Source: Octopus sinensis
Lineage: Eukaryota
Length of the DNA: 64,000 bases
NCBI RefSeq assembly: GCF_006345805.1
Contig: NC_043003.1
Location: forward strand, 69,502,001-69,566,000
Reading direction: 5' to 3'
Below are positions 1-11,206 of this stretch, one piece after another (within the stretch, counting starts at the first letter, position 1; the number at the start of each line of letters is the position of its first letter). Under the pieces are notes generated by a model. That model worked only from the letters and a program-made list of their open reading frames with translations. It did no database searches and had not been told where the DNA came from. A program made the translations under genes and the position numbers.

Positions 1-84
1 AAGTAAAGGTTAGCAGCAGGAAGAACATCCAGCTGTAGAAAATCTGCCTCAATAAACTGTCTGACCAATGCAAGCTTGGAAAAT

Positions 85-320
85 CATCATCATCATCATC
101 ATTTAGCGTCCGCTTTCCATGCTAGCATGGGTTGGACGGTTCAACTGGGGTCTGGGAAGCCAGAAGGCTGCACCAGGCCCAGTCTGATCTGGCAATGTTT
201 CTACGGCTGGATGCCCTTCCTAACGCCAACCACTCCGTGAGTGTAGTGGGTGCTTTTTACGTGCCAGACGGGGCTGGCAAACGGCCACGGTCAGATGGTG
301 CTTTTTACGTGCCACGATGA
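85..320 (-). mobile_element. RTE-family 3' end (tail plus one or two UTR units). Further copies at about 565-850, 4955-5300, 7970-8310, 10688-10850, 13670-13930, 14360-14600, 26120-26400, 26620-26855, 30370-30730, 35890-36470, 52935-53135, 54290-54590, 57485-57760, 59290-59530, 59640-59820, 60230-60340 and 61560-61780
   Basis: All share ...gtggttggcgttaggaagggcatccagc(c/t)gtagaaac...aacccatgc(c/t)agcatggaaa(a/g)cggacgttaaa(tga)n in either orientation, each truncated at a different 5' point. Confidence 0.85.
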
Positions 321-1416
321 TGATGATGACCATGATGATAAAGGCAATAGCAGAAGACACTTGCCCAAGTGCCGTACAATGAGGTTAAATCTGGAATCAC
401 ATGGTTTTGAAGCAAATTTCTTCATGTTACCATGTCTGCAAGGAGAGGCAGCATAGTCAACCGATTTTGTAATGGTATGCACAAAGAATCTCCTTAAAAT
501 GTTGGCACTTAATATCAAGTTCTTTTACAGTAATAAATTTCAACTGGGCATCAAGGGGGCAATGACCAAGACCTTTGGCATTATGTCGAGCTTGAGAAGA
601 AGACCCATCAAGCCAAGCAAAATCTGTCATGGCAGATACTGGTGTCACACAAATGGCACCCATGCCGGTGGCATGTAAAAGCACCCGTTACACTCTCAAA
701 GTGGTTAGCATTAGGAGGGGCATCCAGCCATAGAAAACCATGCCAAACCAGACTGGATTTTGGTGCAGCTTTCCAGTGTGCCAGCCCAGTCAAACCATCC
801 AACCCATGCTAGCATAGACAACAGATGCTAAATGATGATGATGATGATAAACAGTTTTATGCTGAAGGAATCAGGGTTTGGATTTCTAAAATATTATCAA
901 GTAAAGTATGGCTCTGTGAAGGCACAGGCATAACTCAATAGCTCAGAAGCTTACTTTGCAACTGAAATCATAAGACCTCAGTTGATACTTTCTAATCATT
1001 TTTAATGGTTCCATTTGGTGGCAAAGCAGCCCTCAGCCTTTTTTACCTGGTGGAGAAGAAGGGACATCTTATAGATCATCCTCAGATTGAACACTGAATC
1101 TAAGGCTTTGATGAAGTGAACTCCATTGAAAAAACCCAAACACTAGGTGGAAGTTTTAAACTGAGAGGAGAAATAAGTCTACTGTCCACTTAGCAAAAAA
1201 AAAAAAACTTTCTTTTTTTAATCCTTTGCCTATCCAAAACATTTTCATAAGTTTGTCCTAGATGTCCAGGCTTTTGGTCAGCCCTTCTTTCACATATGTC
1301 TGTGTAATATAAAGCTTTCCTTTCATAAGTCCCGAGTTACTCTGATGGTTGGGAAAAAAATTAGGAATGTGTATCATATACAATGCATGGACACTAGCGA
1401 AATATGTCTTGTGCAT

Positions 1417-1707
1417 CAGTGTTACTCAAAGTGGTAGTCCGCGGACCAGCGCTGGTCCGGGAGCCATCAGCTGCCGATATGTGGCAAGTTTCCAGAAAGG
1501 AAAGAAACATTATAAAATGCTTATGTAATATTGTATTATTTGTTTACAAAATAAATATAAGATTAAAAAAAATCATCAGCTTTTTTTATATTCATTATAT
1601 ATAATGTTTCCTGTAAAAATTAATATTACTAAGAAATATTACTGGTCCCTGGCACACTAGAAAAAAAAACTGCTTGTATGCCACGTCAGATAGTTTGAGA
1701 AGCACTG
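1417..1707. mobile_element. hAT (Charlie-like) MITE
   Basis: cagtgttactcaaa...tttgagaagcactg TIRs; 8-bp flanks ttgtgcat / ctgtacat (6/8 match). Confidence 0.7.
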
Positions 1708-2349
1708 CTGTACATCACATGTGACCCACAGAACAGAGATCTTTTCAATTCATACAAAAAAAGGAAAAAATACACTTGCTGTTATAAAAGTTGTTATGAT
1801 ACAGTATATGCATTGTTTAGTGTTGTAACTGAACTACTTACTAGATTTTACAAGAAGGTGACATAACCTAATTTGAATCCTATCAAAATCTCACAAAACT
1901 ATAACTTCAATGGATAAAAAGCATTTGTGTCATCAACAAAAGTATAATATGTCAGGTGTGTTAATTTGATATTTTATGTCTGAGCAACTGATTGTCTAAT
2001 CTCCTTCATATAAAACTAGTCAAATGGAATTATTCAACAATAATTAACCAGATCTTAATGATGTTAAAAGGAAAATGTTAAAGACATTTACCAGAAAACA
2101 GAATGCCTTCAATAGTAACTAGTGCTAACAAGCGCTCTGACCTATGCAAGCATAGAAAAGTGTCTGTTAAAACAATGATTTTATATATAGCTGCTGTGTA
2201 AGTATATTTACATATATTTTAAGGTTTGTTATAAGAGGAGGCGTACATTGGTTATTGCTGTACATACCTACTGGATTTCACAAGAAATCTGAATCCTGTC
2301 AAAATTCAACAAAGAAATTTCTACACTTATACATATACCTCTCTCTCAC

Positions 2350-2380
<31 letters not shown>

Positions 2381-2615
2381 TATATATATTGTTAAACAGG
2401 ACAGCAAACATAAAGGCAAGGCAAACATCTCAAGCTGTCCTGTTTAACAATTATATATCCACTGCATTGGAAATCTGCAATGGCTCCATAACTACTGTCT
2501 TGGCTATAACCTTGGAGCCCCAGTAATCTGTTACAGCACTTACCTAGCATACCTAATTGTTCAGATCACCTGTGAAACCTCCACACATAAGGTGTAGAGT
2601 GCTGGTATGACCGTG

Positions 2616-2676
<61 letters not shown>

Positions 2677-4606
2677 AAACAGAAATGTGTGTGTGGGTGG
2701 AGAGAGAGAGAGGGGGGGCAGGAGGACATTTGCCCAAGGTGTTCTGTGGTAGAATGAAATTCAGAGCTGTCAGGTCACAACATTTTTAAGTACATCAACA
2801 TACTGCTGTTATTCTATAAATAACACTGCCAATCAGCCACAATTGACCACACCATTGACCAAAAACATTCCAAACATGGCCATTCCATCTTCTATTGGGA
2901 ATTAACATTATCCAACAACTCCTGTCCATTTTAAAAAGGCAGGTTTTAATATGCAAAAGATTTGGCATCAACCACCTGGGACCAAGTTTCTCACCTCTAA
3001 TCATGCACACCTATAAGCAGAGGCATTCCAACTGAGACCATCCCATCTTTTAGTGTACCTTCTATTTAAGATGGTAGGGTCCAGTTTGAAGAAATTTGGC
3101 AGCTATTTCTAACAGGTTAAGTAACCCTACAGAGAATCTCACTACATATTTAGCCCATGTACTCCTGCTGTATCTTATATGAACAAGCACTCTATCTTAA
3201 TCTTTCACACATTATTTACACACTCTCTCTCTCTCTCCATCAGCTTCCATATTTTAATATTTCATCCACCACTTCTATCTGATTTTAGCAACCAGTTTCA
3301 AAACAAATCAATATTTTAGAGTGTAGACATGTGTGTATGTATTTACGTGTGTATATATTTCTATGCATGTGTATCTGAATGTGGAAAAGCATGTAAGGGT
3401 GTGCATGTGTGTGTGTGCCTGTCGATATGTGTGTTTGTGTAGTTATGTTTACACATGTACATAACTGTGTGCACATATATACAAGTCTGTGTGTGTGTGT
3501 GTGTATTTACTTATATAGTTTAGAGAGAGAGAGGAATATGTACGTATGGACTTATTTGTATATGTAAATATGTATCCCAATGTGGTATACACACACTTAA
3601 ATGCTTCAGTAACAATAATTCTACAATGCGGATAAGGCTGCGTGCTTCTGTATTCATTAACGGAATCACAAAGGACCTCAGAGACAAATATATTTTCTTC
3701 ATTCAGAATAAGGATACTACCAAAACTGGACTTGGGAGGGGTGATTGTAAGCCATCAGTTGAAATTTCAGTCAATATATCTACTTATCTATTCTGATTAA
3801 TATCTCAGGGCTAACATACCAAATTAAAACAAACTGTAAATTATAGATTTTATTTATTTCAGAGTTATATAGACAAAGGTCTGTGTAATACTAAAATGTT
3901 ACTCAAGCTCTCAGCTTCATTTTATTCATTTAGAATATGTAAATATATAGGTGCAAACATGGCTGTGTGGTTGAAGTGCTTGCTTTGTAATCATGTGGTT
4001 TTGAGTTCAGTTCCACTGCATGGAGCCTAAGGCCTTCTACTTCAGCCTCAGCCAGTCAGTGCCTTTAGAGTGAAATTGGTCGATGGAAACTGTGTACATG
4101 CGAAAGAGTGTGTGTGTGTGTGTGTGTCAGAGATAGAGAGACCCCTATTTGGCAGTCAGTGTTGATTTGTTTATGTCCCCATAAACCTAGAAGTTCAGCA
4201 AAAGAGAACAACAGAATAAGTATTAGACAAAAAAAAATAGTACTGGAGTTGTTTAGTTCAATTAAAACCTACTCAAGGCAGTGCCCCAGCATGGCCACAG
4301 TTCAATGACTGAAACAAGTAGAAGATAAATCACTGTTTTCTTTTTCTAGATAGGAAATACAAAATCTTTTCGGAATGTACTACCAACAGGAATACCAATA
4401 AGGGTGCCTCTATAGAGAACAATCAAGTCACCCCAACTGCAAGAAACAGTAGCCCAATCTCCCTGAAATTATACTCTACCATTTAAAAAAAAAAGACAAA
4501 CAAATAAAATGTAGTCAGATTCTCTTAAAAAAATAAAAGACAAGAATATTATAGCTACAATGATTTCAGTCAAAGGTCTGTTGATTGAGAAGTGATCTAA
4601 AGTTAA

Positions 4607-4827
4607 CCCTTTTGATACCAACCCGGCCAAAACCGCCTCTGGCTCTGAAAGACAAATGTCTTACTTTCATAAGTATTGAATTAAAATCTTCCACCAAACC
4701 TTAGTCACAATTTATGTTCCCAACACTAGCCTAATGATAACTAAGTTCTTTACTAAATTCCTTGTTATAATTAAAATTAATTGAATGAAACACAGAGCAT
4801 CTCAAAATAAATACAGTAACGAAAGGG
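4607..4827. mobile_element. piggyBac-type MITE (family K). Copies at 11911-12132 and, interrupted, at 6777-7474
   Basis: TTAA|ccct...aggg|TTAA; the internal sequence is shared between copies. Confidence 0.75.
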
Positions 4828-5488
4828 TTAAACACTAATTGCATTTAAAAATGCAAATCTATTTAGAATTCCACCTGTACTTCTCCTTGCTACATGTGCA
4901 ATTTTACAACTCTTTAGCATTTCGATAACTGTTAAATGTAATGCTTATTCATTCATCATCATCGTTTAACGTCCGTTTTCCATGCTGACATGGGTTGGAT
5001 GGTTTGACTGGGGACTGGCAAGCCAGGAGGCTGCACCAGGCTCCAATCTGATCTGGCAGTGTTTCTACAGCTGGATGCCCTTCCTAATGCCAACCAATCC
5101 AAGAGTGTAGTGGGTGCTTTTTCTGTGCCACCGGCATGGGAACTACTCAGGCAGCACTGACATCGGCCACATTAGAATGGTGCTTTTTACGTGCAACCGG
5201 CACAGGAGCCAGTCGAGCCAGGGAGGCTGGCACTTTCTACATACCACCAGCACAGGGAGCCAATCAGGCAGCACTGGCAACAGCCCACGCATGCATGAAT
5301 TATGCATTATCTTGTAGATTTTTAAATTAATAGTGCATTATCTTGTAGCTTTGAGATTTCATTGATGCAATTGCTTATTTTTAAAATGACATTGCAGGAT
5401 AGGTGTGAGAGGCTAGAATATAAAACAGAAATTTAGGGAGTTCTATATTTATTTACATTATTTGCATTTGACGGATATTTGTCCTCAT

Positions 5489-5534
5489 AACACAATGTTT
5501 CGGCTGATATACCCTCCAGCCTTCATCAGGTGTC
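5489..5534 (-). ncRNA. Minimal type-I hammerhead ribozyme motif (Penelope-like), second arm
   Basis: Minus strand: gacac-CTGATGA-a-ggctg[gagggtatat]cagcc-GAAA-ca-TT-gtgtt. Helix II is perfect; ACGT has become ACAT, consistent with CpG decay. Confidence 0.55.
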
Positions 5535-5770
5535 TTAAGGAAATTTTGAACCTGGGTTCTCATTCCTAAGGTATTTCTCGATATTATTATTATTATTATG
5601 CCCATGGGCATATGGCGTAGTGTTTAAGAATGTGGGCTACTAACCCCAAGGTTCCGGGTTTGATTCCAAGCAGTGACCTGAACAATAATAATAATAATTA
5701 TTATAATAATAACAACAACAACATCGAAAAATAACTTAGGAATGAGAACCCAGGTTTGAAATTTCCCCAA

Positions 5771-5816
5771 GACACCTGATGAAGGCTGGAGAGTCTATCA
5801 GGTGAAACGTTGTGTT
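5771..5816 (+). ncRNA. Minimal type-I hammerhead ribozyme motif (Penelope-like); helix II partly decayed
   Basis: gacac-CTGATGA-a-ggctg[gagagtctat]caggt-GAAA-cg-TT-gtgtt. The catalytic core is intact, helix I is gacac/gtgtt, and a palindromic ACGT replaces helix III. Helix II has one mismatch and one wobble. Confidence 0.55.
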
Positions 5817-6504
5817 AACAACAAAGAAGATGAGGACAGATATCTGTTAAATGTAAATAATTTAAATAATGTAAATAATGCAGAAATTTGGGCTATAAAC
5901 AGCTGGTTTAAATGTTAAAAGATAAAAAAAAAGGGTTATAATGGTTACCCACTTTGAATAGATAAATTTTGTGTGTACCATTATCAGTATTGAAATAATA
6001 AGCAACTATCAAAGAATAGGAGCAACACAAAATTCATTTACGGACCAGTTAATAACAGTTAACTCTGGGATCAAAATTATATTCATTTTTAATAAAGAAA
6101 AATACCCAGTGAGAAAAATATGAGGAAGCCTAAATATATAAATTTCAGTTAATTTAGTGGCAACATTTCCTGCTGGAATAAGTAAATCCTATAAAATCAA
6201 AAAAATAAATCAACAAAATTTATAGAGCATGAAGATTAAAGATTTACTTCAGTAAAGACAGAACAAGCTATCAACTGATTCTCTCAAGAAAAATGCTAGG
6301 AAAAGAATTATCTGTATAAATGAATATCAATTTACATAAAATATAAATATAGGCACAGGCGTGGCTGTGGGGTAAGAAGCTTGCTTCCCAACCACATGGT
6401 TCAGGGTTCAGTCCAACTACATGGCACCTTGGGCCGACCAAAGCCTTGTGAGCGGATTTGGTAGATGGAAACTGAAAGAAGTCCATCATATATATATATG
6501 TATG

Positions 6505-6551
<47 letters not shown>

Positions 6552-6843
6552 TTGTGCATCTGTTTGTCCTCCCACCATCGCTGTGTTTACATCCCTGAAA
6601 CTTAGCAGTCTGGCAAAAGAGATTGAATAAATAAGTACTAGGCTTACAAAGCATAAGTCCTGGGGTCAATTTCTTTGACTAAAAGGAAGTGCTCCAGCAC
6701 AGCCACAATCAAAATGACTGAAACAAGTAAAAGATTAAAAGAATATGAAGCAAACTGAATATTTAAAACTGTTTAACCCTTTTGACACCAACCTGCATGA
6801 GACTACACTTAAGATTAGAATACAAACTTCTTGGGTTTTAAAG

Positions 6844-7095
6844 CAGTGATTCTCAACCACTTTTCTGTGCAGGGAGCCTTTTTTATTCCTACTTCACTCT
6901 ACTGGACCCTCATAGCTATTTCATGTATACAAAAAAAAATCCTACTGTATTCTTATGTTATAAGGAATTGTGTAAAAAAAAAAGTGTTAAGATATTTTGT
7001 GTATTGCAGAATTATAACCAATTTATGGCCCATAAATTGTAACAAAATCTATATGGACCCCTAAGGGTCGTGTGGGCCCCAGTTGAGAACCACTG
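6844..7095. mobile_element. hAT-type MITE with CAGTGxTTCTCAAC termini. Relatives at 26942-27195 and 54859-55560 (the latter contains a family A SINE)
   Basis: cagtgattctcaacc...gttgagaaccactg. For the 54859 copy the flanks are atctagat / gtctcgat. Confidence 0.7.
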
Positions 7096-10000
7096 GCTTA
7101 CAGTGATCCAAATTAAAAATTTCATGCAAATTTAAGTTTCAAACACCATCTAAATAATAATTTCAAATTTTTGCCACAAAGGCAGCTTGGGGGAGGGAAT
7201 TAAGTCGATTACATCGACCCCAGTGCTTAACAGGCACTTATTTAATCAACCCCAAAAGGGTGAAAGGCAAAGTCGACTTTGGTGGAATTTTAACTCCGAA
7301 TGTAGCAACAGGCGAAATATTGCTAAGCATTTCACCCAGTGTGCTAATGATTCTGCCAGGTGTCTGCCTTAAACACCGTCTAAATAATGACAAAATTATT
7401 TTACTAAATTCTTCGCTATTTTCAAAACTAATTGAATAAAAGAATACTTCAACAAAAATATAGTAATGAAATGGTTAAAAAAAATATCATTTAAGGATTC
7501 AATTGTTTTATTGAAAACAAAAGAGAAAAAACATGAAATGTTTTGTAGGAGGAGTATGTTTCATCAATCAATAATTTCATTTTAGTTAATTAGTACACAA
7601 TTAGTACAAAGTTTTTCTGCAATTACTAATTTGCTCAACTAACCTGAAATCTATGAAAATCTTTTGATCTGAATAAAACTGTTATTAGCAATATATAACT
7701 AAATGACACTAGCAATATATAATTAATATTTTAGGAACACCTGTTCCTTGACTGATACATAAATTATATATTAATTCTCTGACCTAATTAATGCTTCAAT
7801 GGCGACAATAATCGTTCATTTAGTAGCTTCTTCTAGAAACAAGGGTTTTCTCTGAATGCTTTACAATATGATATGCGGCACTTTAAGCAAGTATGTATCT
7901 TTATTATAGCCCTGGGCTGACCAAAGTCTTGTTAGTGGATTTGGTAGATAAAAATAGAAAGAAACCCATCATCATCATCATTTAATGTCTGTTGTCCATA
8001 GGTTGGATGGTTTGACCAGGGCTGATAAGCTAGAAGGCTGCACCATACTTCAGTCTGATATGGAATGGTTTCTATGGCTGGATTCTCTTCCTAATGCCAA
8101 CCTCTCCAAGAGTGTAATGGGCGCTTTTACATGCCATTTGCATAACACCAATATCTGTCATGACTGCAATTTTACTTGGCTTGATGTGTCAAGCACGACA
8201 TAATACCAAAGGTCTTGGTCATTCATCATTACCTCCATGAGGCCCACCACTCGAAAGGTGTTTTTTACGTGCCACTGACACAGGTATCAGTTATATGACA
8301 CCGGCATCATATATGTGTGTAAAAGTAATAATTTAAATGCAGAAAGGTGAAGTCAAATTGACATTACAACTGTTTCCATAAATGGACAATATCTTTCTTC
8401 CATATCTCATACAATGTTATGCAATTCATACATTATGTAACACAAGCCATAATATATGGAAATATGGAATAATAACCCCATTTTCCATTTGTGCCCTCAG
8501 ATGTCATGATTTGAAGGCAAGCTCAACCAATACATGTGTGTGTGTGCGTGCACAAACGTGCACACCCTTGTCCAGACATCATGTGATGGTCGTAAACAAG
8601 CAGTCATACAAGTGAGGCTGTTTGTTTCCAGTCATCCACAGAAAACATCCAACTATGGGGGTGGGGGACATTACCTTGCTTAGAAACAAGTGAGGTTTGG
8701 TAAGAAGGGCATCCAGCCATAGAAAATCTGCTTCATCAAAATTCCATCTGATCATGCAAGCAAGATAAAGCAGCCATTAAATGAGGATGTCAACAGAGTC
8801 GTGCAGTATGATGAGAATGCATTGCGTGCATTCTCAAATCTTTTACCAAAAAAGTAAACAACAAGAGAAAGTAGCATTGGTGAGTTCTTTGTTGTGAACA
8901 CAGAGGAATCAATGTTTTTGGTGATACTGTTAAAAGCAGGTCTGTGAGAATGAATGAGTTCTCTGAGTGGAAGTATTTAGTAATTGGAATAACTTCAAAG
9001 AAAATATAGGCATGGCTGTGTGGTAAGAAGCTTGCTTCCCAACCACATGGTTCCAGGTTCAGTCCCACTGTGTGACACTTTGGGCAAGTGTCTTCTAGTA
9101 TAGCCTCAGGCTGACCAAAGCCTGAGGCTATACTATACTATATCTATAAACATACAAACACATTTATATGTATGTACTTGTGTGTCTGTTTGTCCCCCCT
9201 CCCCCACACAACCACCACTACCACCACCATCATGTGACACTGATGTTGGTTTGTTTAATCCCCGTAATATAGCGGTTCAGCAAAAGAAATCGATAGAACG
9301 AGTCCTGGGGTCGATTTGTTTGACTAAAGGCAGTGCTCCAGTACGGCTGCAGTCACATGACTGTTACAAACACAAAAGGATAAGAGAAAGCAGCACTGGT
9401 AAGTTCTTTGTTGTGGGCACAGAAAGATCAAAGCTTTTGGTGTTATTGTTAAAAAAAAGATGTGTGAGAATGAATGGATTCTCTGAATGATAGCATTTGG
9501 TAATTGGAATAAATTCAAAGAAAATATATTAATGAAGTCAGATCTTATAAATTTAAGCAAGTAACAGATGTAGTGACATGATACATATATAACATATGTT
9601 ACTTGTACAAACACAGGTGACTGAGTACATTCAGATCAGCTTTTTATGCATCCTATTCAGTGTGGCTGAATAGGTCATTTCACTTGGTAACCATGAGACC
9701 CTAGGTTCAATCTCATGGAATGTCATTTGGGATAAACGGCCTTTACTCCAACTTTGGATCACCCACAAGCCCTCCGAGTGAAAATGGGTAGACAGAAGCT
9801 GTGTGGAAGCCTGTCAAATTAATTATTCCTGTAATTTGAGTGTCGAGGCTTTGAAGTATCACACTGTGCCACACAAAGAAAATAGGCACTCAGGACACTG
9901 TATAGTGGTTGGTGTTTGAAAGGGCATCCAGCCATAGAAACCATACCAAAACAGCCCTCCCAGACTGACGCAAATAAGCTAAGGGACAACTGAAGGCATG

Positions 10001-11173
10001 GCTGGTGACAGTAAAGGTAGACATGGGAGCACAATCCAGCCCCACCACCCCATGTCTATGGTCTTCAGAAGTGGAACCAGGAGCAGGTATTCACTACAGC
10101 CTTGATTGTGATTGACGGTTGGATGTGGTCAGCATTCGTGAAGGACATGATGAACTTGCTGGTCAAGGCTGGCTCAACCCACACCATGGTAAATGCAGCT
10201 GCATGTACAAGTAGCAGACACTGGAGATCAACACAGACCCCAGACAAACTGGAGCGTGTCAAACTGACCAACCCATGCCAGCATAGAACACAAATGTTAA
10301 GTGATTATCATGATAACTGAGGAATTATTAGCTAATTACATGCAAGTATAATGAACAGGGAATTCAATTAAAACCAACTGAGACACATTCATATGAGGGA
10401 TACCAATAGATTAAATTTTTTTTAAAAAGTACTTTTAGACACTTTTCACTATATTTTATGACCAGATCTTTTTCTAGTCCTGTTAAATCCAACAAAATAA
10501 TTTCTCCGGGTATAGGTATGTGGTTTCAGGTTCAAACTCATTGTGTGGACACCTTGGGCAAGTGTCTTCTACTTCAATCCTAGGATGACCAATGCTTTAT
10601 GAGTGAATTAAATTGACAGAAACTGTGTGGAAGCCCAGTGCACACGTGTTTGTATGTATGTCTGTGTGAGTATATATATATATATATCATCATCATCATC
10701 GTTTAACGTCCGTTTTCCGCACTAGCACGGGTTGGACGGTTTCGACCGGGGTCTGGGGAGCTCGGGACTGCCCCAGGCTCCAGTCTAGTCTGGCAGTGTT
10801 TCTACAGCTGGATGCCCTTCCTAACGCCAACCACTCCGCGAGTGTAGTGATATGTATGGACACAAATAACTAAATATATTCAAGCGATAAACACATGTAG
10901 AAGCACATATGTGTGTGTATATATATATATAGACAAATTTACATTGAGCATAAAAAAGTATGCCTGTGTGCCTCTGTGTCCCCCTGTGTCTTTCTCTCTG
11001 TCTCTCTGTACACATACGTACATAAAGAGAGAGAGACAGACAGACAGACAGAGAGATTTATTTTATGCTCAATGTAAATTTATTTATGGCATAAGAGTAG
11101 CTATAAAAAAAATCCAGGTCAGCTGATATGGAGATAGTGATGCAGATAAACATGACTAGGCTTGATATATAAA

Positions 11174-11206
<33 letters not shown>

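Larger units (their letters stand above)
5435..5880. mobile_element. Fold-back non-autonomous retroelement: inverted tail + central palindrome + tRNA-like head + (AAT)n + Penelope-like tail
   Basis: Arms ~5448-5599 and ~5690-5880 are inverted copies. Central palindrome tatgcccatgggcata at 5597-5612. A-box-like tggcgtagtgt at 5613 and B-box-like ggtttgattcc at 5657. cagaaattt is duplicated at 5426-5434 and 5881-5889. Confidence 0.75.

Noticed and set aside
1850-2290. Two similar micro-exon-like segments (near 1850 and 2270), one reading LVKSS
   Set aside because: The similarity extends ~110 bp through the flanks and the phases differ, so they are better explained as two copies of an old repeat.
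5613-5670. Possible tRNA gene
   Set aside because: It has A/B boxes and an anticodon-like loop but no acceptor stem pairing; it is a SINE head. The same applies to the other SINE heads.
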